DNA of 63,933 nt, counting the filler, from Mitosporidium daphniae (taxonomy: Eukaryota), in the NCBI RefSeq assembly GCF_000760515.2. It is 3 parts of 3 records of this genome, joined end to end, with 100 filler letters (N's around TTAATTAATTAA, not from the genome) between each part and the next. Parts side by side here need not be neighbours in the genome. Positions count along the whole stretch, not along the records: positions 21,901 to 43,669 come from NW_013546140.1; positions 43,770 to 63,933 come from NW_013546133.1; 1 more part is not named here. One strand, written 5' to 3'. Positions 33,876 through 45,082 of this stretch are shown one piece after another (position 1 is the first letter of the stretch; each line of letters opens with the position of its first letter). Below the pieces are notes generated by a model, which saw only the letters and a list, made by a program, of their open reading frames with translations, did no database searches and had not been told where the DNA came from. The position numbers and the translations under genes are program-made.

Positions 33876-34575
33876 CTACTGCTCCAGGGTAAGATGAATA
33901 ACCGGACTGCCTCCTGGAAGCAAAGCCAGCGATTCAAGACAATCGCCCTTCAAGATGGAGATCTGCACCTTCATTTGCAACTAGGAGGGAAAAATCGACA
34001 AATTAATTGGTACCACTTCGAAAATCCCCCTCAATAATCCGACCCAAATGAGGGACAATGAAATTTTCTTGTGAAGCCCATGGCTGACAAATTCTTCAAA
34101 GCTCAGCAGAGAGGTGTCTGGGGCCGCATTTTGCGTAGGCAGTCCATCGTTGAGGCTTGGAAGCATGTAGGCGATCCACGGGTTTTCTTCAACACTAATG
34201 TTGCAGCAATTTTCGCTCTCGTTCCACTCTGAAGAGGAGGCGAAGCATCCAAAATATGTTTTGCAAGCAACCTTGGTTATCACCTCAATGCAGTCCTTGA
34301 ACGACCGACAGGGAGGCAAAAGTGAGCGGGCATAAAAGTCATCTACCAAGCGACACCCGATAGAATATCCCATGCGCTCGATCTCCTTATTGATGGTGGT
34401 GATGTTTCCATTGCTCTCAACAATGCAGAGCTTGAGAAAGGATCCAAATGTAAGCACAAATACTTCGCTGGGCTACTGGTCAAAATAAGTACGCTACCAA
34501 TTTCTCTGTTTTTTTCCACAGATCATCAGAAAGGCTTTTCAGGCTCTCTCGGGAGTTTTGGACAAAATTGGGCAT
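33876..34575 (-). CDS. BET3: TRAPP subunit Bet3 (TRAPPC3), 2 introns
   Basis: EVFVLTFG, NKEIERMGYSIG.RLVDDF.AR..LPPC..F.D....I.KV, ENP, G.LRG..E. Confidence 0.88.
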
Positions 34576-34699
34576 CCCACACGATCACAATAAATTGCAG
34601 AAAATCTCGGGTTGTTAAATTGGCCGCCAAAGCCTTCCAAAATTGGCGACGTTAATTTACTTTTTATTTGCCATTTAAATAGAGTTGGGTTGTTGTCAA

Positions 34700-36052
34700 T
34701 CAATGGTGCTTCTCCCCTTCCACCTTTTCAGAGGTGGCTACTTTTTCGCGTATCCAGTCCTTCAGCTTTGAAGCTGCAGAGCTAGGCGATGAGCCGCAAG
34801 GCTGGGCAGTCGATGCGGAAGACGGCGCAGAGCCATCCCAATCTCGCAAAATCGATTTCTGGTGTGCACTAAGCGTGGCCGGCAGCTCAACACCAAGAGT
34901 CACAAACATATCGCCTTGTTTGCGCATGCTCTCATTAAATATTCCCTTCCCCTTCAGCCGTTTTACATCTCCAGGCTGAATGGAGCAAGGTGAAATGAGA
35001 AGATCAACTTCTCCGCTGAGCGATGGAATTCTAATGCTCCCCCCAAGGAGCGACGTCATCAGCGGGACCTTTGTCGACTGGTAAATGTCATTCCCATCTC
35101 TCCTGAAAATGGGGCTTTCTTGGACCTAAATACAAAGTCCATTATGACGGCCAAGGCCTACCTTAAATTGCAATAAAAGATTTCCGGCTCGTGAGCCTGT
35201 TCCCATGGAGTTTCCCATGCCCTCCATCACAAGCTGGGTGGAAGAGTCAACGCCGGCCGGAATTCGCACCTCTATTGGGGTTGGGGAGGCACTGCGATGG
35301 ATGCCGTCTCCCGAACACTTTTTGCATGGATTTGGATTGTGTGATCCGGTACCATCACATGTATCGCATGGAACCTCGATCACCATTCCTCCGCGAGAAA
35401 AGACCTTCGCTCCACGCCCTCCGCATCCTTTGCATGTAGCCATAGTTGTTCCCGGAGTTATCCCCGATCCAGAGCATGTTCCACATTGCTCCCACCGTGA
35501 GAGAGTAATCGGCTTGACGCAACCAAGCGCCGCTTCCAGAAATGTAAGAGTAATTCTCATTTGGATGTCCTCTGAAATTCTCTTTCCGCCTCGGGATGTC
35601 CCGCGAAAGGCATGGGTTCCAAAAAGATCGGCAAATGGATCGAAAGCGCTTCCTGAACCAGGACGGCTAGAACGTCCAGCCCCAAAAAAAGACTTGAAAA
35701 TATCGGCCGGATCAGGATGCTGCGAGTCCTCGTTCTCTTGATAGCCATTTGCATCAAAAGAGGCTCTTTTTTGGTCATCAGAAAGAATGTCATAGGCCGT
35801 CTGTACTTCAACGAATTTCTCTTTCGCTGCGGGATCTTTGTTTGTGTCCGGGTGAAATTGCTTAACCAAACCCAAGTATGCCTTTTTAATGGCAGCAGCA
35901 GATGCGCTTTTTGGAATGCCAAGAACGTCATATGGATCTTTTTTCTTTGCAGAGCTATAAAAATTGCAAGAGCGATGCCGAAGCATTGCTTGGCTCGAAG
36001 ATATGATGCATCCCGCCGATAACGAAGGCAGTCTTGGGAAAAAGAAAACCAT
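34700..36052 (-). CDS. MDJ1: Mitochondrial type I DnaJ chaperone, 1 intron
   Basis: Presequence-like N-terminus, J domain HPD, G/F region, four CxxCxGxG repeats, C-terminal domain. Confidence 0.88.
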
Positions 36053-36090
36053 GCTCTAAAAAATTATAAAATTGAAGGGTTAGCAGTTTA

Positions 36091-37671
36091 TTAAATTTTA
36101 CAACTTTTGCTCCTATGCAAAACACGTCTTAACACAAGCAGAGAGGGGCGGAACTGCGAGATCAGCGCATTGTTTTCACCAGGCCGTTTTTCGATTCTCT
36201 CTTGCAAAATTTCATTAGAAATTAATGAAGGATATTGCAAGTTAAAAAATAGAAAATGGCGACACAAAAATTCAGGGAGGCGTTCAAACGACACGGGAGA
36301 GCAAAAAAACGCTCTCAAAACCAAAAGGGCAACCAAATGGTCTATTCATATTGAGAAATTATTTCTTACAGTAAGGGTCAAGAACAGATGGCTCAACAGC
36401 GAGGTACGATGGGTTCACTTGCAAAAGCCGCGTCCAGACCGGTGTTTCCTTGATGATTCCGAAATTCAAATCGCCAATATGGCAAGCTGTTTCCAGGATA
36501 AAAATCATGGGATCGATTTTTTTCTCAATACAAAATAAAAGATTAGTAACCACAGAGTCAAGGCTGGCGGTATCTTGCACTCGCCATCTTCTTAGCAAGT
36601 CATGGCAAATTAGCCGGGCATTTGGCGCGAGACCAATGGCATGCAACAGTATCGAAACGGAGGCAATAGTTTGAAAGGGAAGCGGTACCACATTTCTCTT
36701 CTCCTTCAATGTATCTAGAATGAGTTGAACTATCAGTGGAGACTCGTCACAAAGTAAGTCGCTCGTAGTTGATAGGAGCATAAGATCAATTGATTCCATG
36801 GTAGATATTCCAAACAAGGAAAAGAGGACATGAAGAGTTGCTTTTCGAACCTCTACCTCCTGATCCTCCAAGAGGAGGAGGAAAATCCCTGTCATTCCAG
36901 CAGAATAGTTTTTCTTTTTCGGACTAATATGGTTTGCTCTACCGGAGCCAGATGCAGAAATCGAAAGCGAAGAGGCCTTTTGCTCAAAAAAAGATTCTTC
37001 CGAAGGCTCTAAAAAGTCATCAAAAACCAAGGTATCATCTAGCACTGTTTCTTGCGAAAGTGATGTGTCTAAAGCTTGCTTTGAAAAGGATTGGGACACC
37101 GTGGAAACAAAGCGATCCGCATTCACCTCGAGCAGCATGTTCAGGATATTTCCAAGCGAAAAAATAATTGAAAGCCGAATTTTCGTCGGGATGGTCCGGT
37201 CAACAGCAAGCTCTGAAAGGTCTCGATAAAGCATGAATAGCAGGGCTGCCGATCGCAATGGAAACTCGGCAAGCTTGACATAGATGTTCACAAGAGATGA
37301 TCTAATATAATCGTCCTCGAAAAGTACCATTGTGGAGAGGATTGGCATCAGAACGTAGCAAAAAGAATTGATAGCGTCACAATCAGCACCAAAGGAATTG
37401 GAAAAGATTGAAAACAATAAGAATATCAAATCCAAAGCGCTCTATTAATGTAAAAAGGCCGGGATAAGGGTACCTTTCTATTTACTTCGACGCCATCAGC
37501 AAGAAGCATCGCAAGAAAAGCAAAAAGATCTTGCCGCTGAAGGATAAACCCATCATAGGAGGGGATTGCCTGAGATATCTGGTGCTGCAGTTGGTCTAAT
37601 ATCATCTTCCGCTGGACAGGATCCAAAGAACAGAGGGAGTGGCAGTCTGCTTCTGACAAAATTATCAACAT
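36091..37671 (-). CDS. INTS4: Integrator complex subunit 4-like HEAT protein, ~506 aa; introns 36342-36369 and 37442-37473
   Basis: Spliced 'LLADGVEVNRKSALDLIFLL', 'G..GIFLLLLEDQEVEVRKA', 'LL.VNPSYLAVEPSVLDPYY.LVALL' and 'LPEF..RHF.F....YPSL' follow the order of INTS4 motifs (LL.D....VR.AA..L; G.FV.GLEDE..EVR.A; LL..HP.F...EP..DDP.YIA.L; RHY.YL). Confidence 0.72.
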
Positions 37672-37827
37672 TTCTTGTACAAAAGTAAAAGCCCTGATGT
37701 GCTAAGTGGCTTATATATTTCCGAACTGCCAAGTGCACGCAACACAAGGAAAGTTGGAATTTCAGATAATTTGCAACAATTAATGGGCCCAATACTGCCA
37801 CATTAATTTTCAATTAAATTGTAAATT

Positions 37828-39376
37828 ATGAGTCCCAATCATCACGACCCAGCGCTAGAGTCGCCGGCTATGTACAATTTTCGGGTTGTTTTATTAGGAG
37901 GAAAAGATCAGAGCCCAGATACTTTTCAGAAGGATTCCCCCCACAAGTGCGCAGCACCACATGCGGTTATCCGCTGTCGCAAAAACTTTCTCTTCCGCCA
38001 AGCATATCTTCGTTCGCCTCCGAAGCATCTGTTTATCAATCGCTCTTGTTGGCAGAGAAGAAAATTGACGCAAAAATCTCGTCTTTAGAAATGCGTAGCC
38101 AGGAAATGAGATTCAAGCCGAGCAAAGTAAGCGTCGATTCTAATTTCAGCTGATACTTCCCTTTCATATTTCTGTCTCGCATTTCATATGTACCGAGCCA
38201 GCAACGGCAGATTTAGAAAATTCCTCACAATTGCAAGCGCCCAAAAGGGCGTGGACCCTTAGGATAGAAGCACATCAAGTACAACCTCCTGCAGGAAACC
38301 CCAATTTTAAGAACATCAAATTCTCTGAGGTGATAAAGTCGATCCTCGTTGAGGTTGGGGAGCCTTCCCAGAATTCATGTCTTATCGAATGGCAGAAAAC
38401 ACCACTTTCCAAATCAGACCTAGATGGGTTTGAAATCAAGAAAGTCTCACCACCTCCGTCAGATGTTCGTGTCTATATTGTGCCTGATTGGGCTACAGAG
38501 CGGTATCTAATTCCCAAGGAGCTTTATCAAATTTTGTCGATCTCTGCGTCTACGGCACATCCGGCAGAAAGCACAAGGCCTGCAGTCTTATTGGCCCTAT
38601 GGCGATATATCAATGTATCAATGATGATGTTTATGACCGTCTCTGTAGATGAAGGGCTTGTTTCCAAGCCCAGACATGCCGAATGTGATCAAGTTTGACG
38701 AGCATCTTGAAAAGGTAGCATGTTTATTTGGATACCCCTCTTTTGATGATCAAAGCTATTTTTAGTCTTTTCCGATGTTGACTTGCTTTTGTCCTCTAAC
38801 TGAGTAGGTATTTGGCGTGCCATATTGTGACCCCATAAATCTTCCAGAGTTTCTCAGCACCATCATGGTGGACATACCCTCCCCCATTCTTATGATCCAT
38901 GCCCTGAGGTATGAATTTACTTTTTCTGTTTCTCAGCGGAAACTCGGGATGTACTAAACTACAGTTTTCGTTTGAAGTGCCTGATCCGAGGACTTCTGCC
39001 GCTGCAAAATCAAATTATGGAGCTCTCTTGGCGCCTGCGATTAAGGAAATCGAAATTCTCGATTCACAAGTAGTGTTTTGGAATAATCATATGATAGCTC
39101 ATTGATTTGTATTACACTACATGTCGGCTGGCCAGGAGGAGAGAATATCTTGCCGCATTCAAGGAAAATCCAGTCGCATTTTTGGAAGAATACATGAGGC
39201 GACATACAGACAACAATGAGGTAAGGGACTCATCATCGTCATCGCCATTTTCGCAATAGCATATTTTTTCTGAAAATGTCCGCGTGCAGAATTACGACTA
39301 TCGGAATCCCGCCTTTTACCAGAATCCATGGCTCAACGAGGCTATAGAAAAGTTCCTTTCTGACCGTTTCATTTAA
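37828..39376 (+). CDS. SNF12: SWI/SNF-RSC BAF60/Swp73 (SWIB domain) subunit, multi-intron
   Basis: E..VY..LL..EKKIDA, WTLRIE, KFS...KSI.VE, IEW.K, DGFEIK, TRP.V..ALW.YI, C-terminal FY..PW..EA...FL. Confidence 0.85.
38743..38803 (+). ncRNA. Candidate intronic box C/D snoRNA in SNF12 intron 38715-38807
   Basis: TGATGA 38744-49, CCGA (D'-like) 38772-75, TGTTGA (C'-like) 38776-81, CTGA 38800-03, in an intron about 3x the usual length. Confidence 0.3.
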
Positions 39377-39740
39377 ACCACGGAACGCACAATAGAATCC
39401 TCATGTATGTGGAAATAAACCCCCCCCCATAAGATGCTTCATGGTGTGTGTCGTTCCAATTGCAGTTTAAATTGAAAACTTTTCGTTTTGGCGGCTACTC
39501 CCAAAGCTGATCGGATGTACCTCAATCGAGGGTTTATGGCAATGTATCAATGATTGTCTTTCTTACGGGATTGGAATGCGATCTTCATTCCATTATATTA
39601 CCTGCTATGGCTATAAGCCGTCGGGGTCTACGCTGCAAAGGAGGGTTCGAAAGCGGGATAATATTTTATCTTTTCCTTTTTGGTATTGTTTTCATTTGGT
39701 GATGATTTATGCACAATAATGGCGTCTTTAATAATTTCTT

Positions 39741-41122
39741 ATGAACCGGATATTTCTCTTGTTGGCAACACTTTTTCTACATGTTTTCCCTGCTCCAGCG
39801 AGCAAGGTTCCCGAGTCCCGATTTGCATTATCACGCATGAATGATTCCTCCATTCATTTTTTAAAATATTTGCCACATTCCGGATTTTCCAATCAAATTA
39901 ATGAACTCAGCAATGCATTGCTAATGGCACGTCTGTTGAACAGAACTTTAATTCTGCCGCCCTTTTTTTTGGGCGAAAGGGTTACTTATCCATGGAAACC
40001 TTTTGACCGTTTAAACTCAACTCTATCCGATGCCTTTAGACAGTTCAGTTCCAATTTGAGCCACAATTTCTGGACGCTATTGGAAGTTTCCGAGTTTTTT
40101 CCACAACTTGCTGATTTTAAAGACGTAATGGCAATATCTTACTCCAATTTTAAAGATCGTTTTCCACAACCAGAGAATCTCAAATCCTACATCTTGAAGG
40201 ACTATACTCGATATAATTATAAGTAGCAAAATAGCATTTTTCTTTTAGGTATGTGGTTTCAGATGTCGATACAAATCGAAACCTGACTTGCACATGTGAA
40301 GGGAACGTTACAAAAATTCGGGTGTGGATGCGTATACGGAAAAGCATGGACCTCCATATTAAATATCCCATCTCCATAGCTTTCGGATACAGAGATGATG
40401 GTGCATTGAAAAACCAACACACTCCATCGATTCTTCATGTAGGCTCGCTTTTTGGACAAGGTCGAATAGATATGGCGTTGGATAGGGAAGAAAGAATTCA
40501 AGAGGTTTTTTCGCACAAAAAAGTCATTTCTAAGCTGCTATCCAACCCAACTATTCCCTGTTTCGATATTTTAGAGTCAAATTCGAATCCCATTCTAGGA
40601 AATGGAGTCTATTTTTCCATACACCTTCGAGGAAAATTTCCATTTTCTCGCTATGTCAAGCTAGTGGCCAAGTCTTCGTTGGATATTTTTTTTGGAAATG
40701 GCAGTCTTTATGCTGCCCTTGAGGCATGCCTTAATCGTGGAGGCGTGAAAAAAGACGCTTGTTCCATATTTGCACATGGCTTGCAGGACAAAAAATTAAT
40801 ATCCTCAAATGTATCGCTCTTTGTAGCCACAGACATGAAAAAATTTTCTAGGTCTGCTGAACGTGCTATACTGTCCAAGGGGTTTAAAAATATTATCACT
40901 CTTGAGGCTTTGATGACAGATTCTACCAGGAAATCAATTTTAGCCTGTTTGAAGGCTAGAGATGCAGCTCGACCCATTCCTATCGATTTGTTGTACCCGA
41001 TGTTTGACCAGTTGATGGCAGCGCGCGCTTTGGTTTTCACCGGCACTAGCGATTCTACATTCTCGCATTTCATCCACAAAATTCATTTGGCCCAATTGGA
41101 ATCCAAATTCGCCGACAATTGA
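39741..41122 (+). CDS. GDP-fucose protein O-fucosyltransferase-like glycosyltransferase (GT-B), 1 intron
   Basis: Signal/anchor peptide; YLPHSGFSNQ..EL.NAL..A.LLNRTLILPP, IHLRG, LFVATD, DQ..AARA..F.GT..STFS. Confidence 0.8.
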
Positions 41123-41708
41123 ATGGCTTGTTTGATTGAAATTTAAATTTAAACTGCCTGTTCGATTACCGATTTTAAAGTGCTTGCTGAATTACTGATT
41201 TAAAGTTAAGAATTAATTTGTGTTTCATGGCCCCAGCTTCTCCTTTCCGAGGCGATATTTGGATCTCTAAAAGTAAAAGTAGGCATACACATCTGCCATC
41301 ATGGTCAGTGTGTTCAGTGTAAAAGGTAGGCATACAAACTTGGGGATCACCAACGAACACTTAAGATAAGGATATTCCCTTGGGCGCAAATGCATGTGAG
41401 TTTCTCGCCGCAAATGGTGCAAAATATATGCAAAATGAAGATTTTTGCAACCAGTTCTATTATTCCTGATACAAGCGGTTTTTTGCCGTCGGGTTTTTGC
41501 TGAAAAGTGAATAAATGATCGATATGCTTCTTGAATACAACGTAATTTAGCTTCTTATATCCAGCATTTGAATGGGACAATATTTATGGCGATAAGAATA
41601 TCTGACGTGAGAGAATTTCATAATTCTGGAGAAAAAAGCCGGTCGAAAAGCCGATATAGCATGCGAGAACAGGGTCAGGCTCCAATGTCAGAGGATTAAT
41701 TGATACTT

Positions 41709-41727
41709 GGGTTAGGGTTAGGGTTAG
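41709..41727. repeat. Interstitial telomere-type (TTAGGG)3 tract
   Basis: GGGTTAGGGTTAGGGTTAG. Confidence 0.85.
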
Positions 41728-41742
41728 AAAATAAATATTACT

Positions 41743-43392
41743 TTATTTTGAAATAATTGCACTGGTACACCAAGTGTTGTTGGATTGTCTTAATTTATGA
41801 GCATGTCTTTTCAATTGAACTGACGGCTTTTGGCGGATCACTCCAGATGATGCCTTGCAGACATTTGTACCAAAAGAGTTATCTAGTTGTCTTTTCTTTT
41901 TTCCCTTCTTTGGAAGCCGACCCGCATCATATTCGGCATCATGGATATCCAGAGGAGTGTCATTGTGATCTAACACTGGGCGTGATCTGAGATCAGTGTC
42001 TCGTTTGGAAAAATAATCAAAAGACCTCTTCAAAGTGGATTGGGAAGTGAGGTCTTTGATATTATCAATTACAGATTTCTTGGAGTTGGAAGAAATTGAA
42101 ATGGGAATCGTTTGCGGCATGGGCACTGGTGCAACAGCACCCGGAATCGATTTTGCTACAGTAGATGACGTATCATATTGGTTCCTGGACGCTGTATGTG
42201 CATTTATGGTTGCAGTTGCTTTTGAAAGAACTGAAACCTCCTCCTCCTCCTCCTTAAGGATGGCGTCGGTATGTGCCGATTTTGGCGAAACCGGAGAAAC
42301 TGACTGAGGAATATAAAATAGAATATAGGCCTGTTGCGAAAGTACTGTTGTGTTTTTTAAAAGCCTGACATCTTCATCATCAACTTCGTACCATAGACCT
42401 TGGTTTCGGACGCATGCATGGTAATGTCCCGATGACGTGGAATACCCCGAGTGCACAATAACACCTGCAAGGGTGTATTTGTGCCCTTTCGAGTCAATGG
42501 CGAATGGCGAGATATCTAATATTTCTGGGAATTGGATGTGTTTCGTTATTTTCCCGGCCGAAAATCCGGGGGCAAATCGCTTCATGTGAAACATAAGCAG
42601 CGAAGGCAGCTCGGAGATTGACAATTTACGTGTCGATGTGCCCAACGACGAACATGTGCCGCATTTATAAAATTCATCTAATCTCTCAGAGCGAGTAAAC
42701 CTTTGAAGGGATTGTTCAATGGTCGAAGACACTTGAAGCGATATGATGTTGCCAAATGGTTCCTTCGAGTCGGAGGTTGCCCCGCAACTTTTGCAAGCAA
42801 TCCTTGAAGTAAAGGTGCCCGCTGTAAGGGATTTTAGTGAAGAAAACTTTTTCTCCAGAGCATCAAGAAATACACACAGAAATTCATGGGCATCCTCTTG
42901 ACGACCATACCGGAATATTTTGGAAATCTTTTGAATATTTCCAACTATACCAGACGGTGATATTCTCATTTTTGATTGGGAGGAAGAGTAGAGAATTGCC
43001 CTCTGAACTAGGCGATGCATTTCGCAGGAAATGCACCACAGGGTCTTCTTTTTGTGGTCCTCACAAGCACACGAGCAGGAATTAATAATTTCAAAAAATT
43101 CTGGAACATGCATCAGGCATTGAAGTACAGAGTTTAAAAAGCAAGTATTCCCCAAATTGGAAAGGCCAACTGGGCGCGGCAGACATGACCCTGAAATTAT
43201 TTTTTCTTGCAAAACAGGAGGACCAGTCGCTCCTGGTGCTGCGGACGCTGAGACTCCCAATGATGCGGCCGTGGCCTCCTTTAAATTTTGTGAGTTACGT
43301 GCAGCTCTGAATACAATTCTCTTACGCATGTATATTGGCGGAAGGAGACTACTGGAGCCTCCATCACCAAGCAAACATGTTTCGGATTTCAT
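41743..43392 (-). CDS. Ubiquitin-specific protease, USP36/USP42-like
   Basis: GLSNLGNTCFLNSVLQCL, QEDAHEFL, HSG.S..SGHY, WY..DD, QQAYILFY; basic C-terminal EYD.GR..K motif. Confidence 0.92.
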   Translation of the reverse strand: MKSETCLLGDGGSSSLLPPIYMRKRIVFRAARNSQNLKEATAASLGVSASAAPGATGPPVLQEKIISGSCLPRPVGLSNLGNTCFLNSVLQCLMHVPEFFEIINSCSCACEDHKKKTLWCISCEMHRLVQRAILYSSSQSKMRISPSGIVGNIQKISKIFRYGRQEDAHEFLCVFLDALEKKFSSLKSLTAGTFTSRIACKSCGATSDSKEPFGNIISLQVSSTIEQSLQRFTRSERLDEFYKCGTCSSLGTSTRKLSISELPSLLMFHMKRFAPGFSAGKITKHIQFPEILDISPFAIDSKGHKYTLAGVIVHSGYSTSSGHYHACVRNQGLWYEVDDEDVRLLKNTTVLSQQAYILFYIPQSVSPVSPKSAHTDAILKEEEEEVSVLSKATATINAHTASRNQYDTSSTVAKSIPGAVAPVPMPQTIPISISSNSKKSVIDNIKDLTSQSTLKRSFDYFSKRDTDLRSRPVLDHNDTPLDIHDAEYDAGRLPKKGKKKRQLDNSFGTNVCKASSGVIRQKPSVQLKRHAHKLRQSNNTWCTSAIISK

Positions 43393-43449
43393 AATGTGTA
43401 AAAGGAATGTGCGACTGTTTTGCTTTAGATTTTATTTTATATTTTGACT

Positions 43450-43531
43450 TGATTTGCTCGTTTATTTTGCTATTTTATATTTTGATTTGATTTGATTTGA
43501 TTTGCTCGTTTATTTTGCTATTTTATATTTT
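43450..43531. repeat. 34-bp direct repeat (48-bp period) in AT-rich DNA upstream of the USP gene
   Basis: TGATTTGCTCGTTTATTTTGCTATTTTATATTTT at 43450 and 43498, separated by TTTGA units. Confidence 0.85.
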
Positions 43532-43669
43532 ACCATTTTATTTTATTGTACTTTTTATTTAAGACCCCATGTTTTGCTCTAAATTTTATTGTAATGTGGG
43601 AACAAAGATGGTCCCGATCACGCAATTTGCCATATTATTATAATACACAGACAAAAGAGTCTGTCTGGG

Positions 43670-43769
43670 NNNNNNNNNNNNNNNNNNNNNNNNNNNNNNN
43701 NNNNNNNNNNNNNTTAATTAATTAANNNNNNNNNNNNNNNNNNNNNNNNNNNNNNNNNNNNNNNNNNNN
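43670..43769. other. Artificial contig-joining spacer
   Basis: N-run with TTAATTAATTAA linker. Confidence 0.97.
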
Positions 43770-44672
43770 GAGAAAGTCATCGACTCAAATAGCACAAAAT
43801 CGACTCCAATAAAATTTGAACGGCAAAATCGAATCTCTTCATTGATTTTGTGATGGAGCCAACTAATGAAGGACGTCAGGTCAAGCTCGGTTTTTTTCTC
43901 GGAAACAAGGCTCGAATATATGGCTCTCAAATAGTTAAAAAGATCTTGCTGGAGCAATCTATGATAAACAGGCTCGGAGAATTTTGTAATCGAGTCGCTG
44001 ACTTTCTCTAAAGCTCAGAAGAAAACCATACTTATGGATGATGTGAATATTTTTAGAAACCCAAGATCAGAGGTTGAGGTTTTGCAGGAAATTATTTCCA
44101 GCACATTTTCAAGCAAAACATCGTGGAGAGGAATGAGGATCGTTTCATACCATGCTATCATGTTTAGCTAAAAATAAACGTTCTATGTTACTTCTTCAAT
44201 TGGATAGACCGGGTCATTGTACTTTTCTGTCCGCTTAAAGGGAATCCAGTACCGATCCAAATAGGAAAGAATGAACGATGATTTTTCAGAAAAGTCTTCG
44301 AAAATATTCCAGTACTTGCAGTACACCTCGAGCGACAGATTGGTATTTAATTCTCGCTTAAATGTGGTTGCCAAAAAGTCTGATAGGGCGGTTTCAAGCC
44401 ATTTTTGATAGGCCTGATATATATCTTGGCCCAATATGATCGCTAGAAATAAAAAGGAAAAGCCAACCTGACGCTTGTGAAGATGGATTAGAAACAAAAG
44501 AATTGCTAACACCGGTGCAGTAATTAAAAACAAGGCTACAGTCAAAATTAGAAGGTTACGAATATAAATCAAAAAGTATCTGAAAGTCAGGAGGCGCAGT
44601 ACCGTCACAATGGACAAACAAAGAGTTGAAGTAGGGCATCAAATGTTGCCATACATCGTTAAATTGACTCAT
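43770..44672 (-). CDS. Cullin-family protein N-terminal repeats, 3' part lost at the contig edge
   Basis: F..VW..L, LYS, G..IY....KWL, L..Y.KYW..F......ILSYLDRYWI, VY.I..L....W; several short introns. Confidence 0.7.
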
Positions 44673-44702
44673 GATGCGAATTAAATAAAAAAACAAAAAA
44701 GT

Positions 44703-44775
44703 CGCCCGAAGAGGGTCTCGAACCCTCGGCCTTAAGGTTAAAAGCCTCACGCTCTACCGACTGAGCTATCCGGGC
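44703..44775 (-). tRNA. tRNA-Lys (TTT)
   Basis: GCCCGGATAGCTCAGTCGGTAGAGC...TGAGG-CT TTT AA-CCTTA...GGTTCGAGACC...TTCGGGCG. Confidence 0.97.
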
Positions 44776-45082
44776 TGAGTAATGCACCTAGCTTGTTATA
44801 TAAGTTCTTTTAAAAATAACATTTGATAATCAACCCATATGGCTCTTATTTCTGATAACGCCATTTTACTGAATTTTCTGGTGATAAAAAGGCATTTCAA
44901 ATGTTGAATATTTTCCCTACGTTTCCATTTCTGAAATTGATACCAACATTATAAGAGCCGGTACGCGCTTAAGCGGCGCTGCTTTAAATAAATTATTTCG
45001 TTGTACTCTTGTAACTGGTTTTTAATTTTAAAGCCTAGCACTACAATCATCCCATCAATTGATTTTTATCATTTTTTCAAAT

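Noticed and set aside
39303..39328. GCCTTTTACCAGAA, matching U5 snRNA loop I
   Set aside because: Lies in the last SNF12 exon encoding the conserved 'AFYQNPW' motif; the flanking stem is poor and no Sm site follows.
39489..39498. TGGCGGCTA, similar to yeast URS1
   Set aside because: Single imperfect match, not upstream of a meiotic gene.
39594..39606. ATATTACCTG resembling the U1 snRNA 5' end
   Set aside because: Differs from ATACTTACCTG, and the U1-70K and U1A loop sequences are absent.
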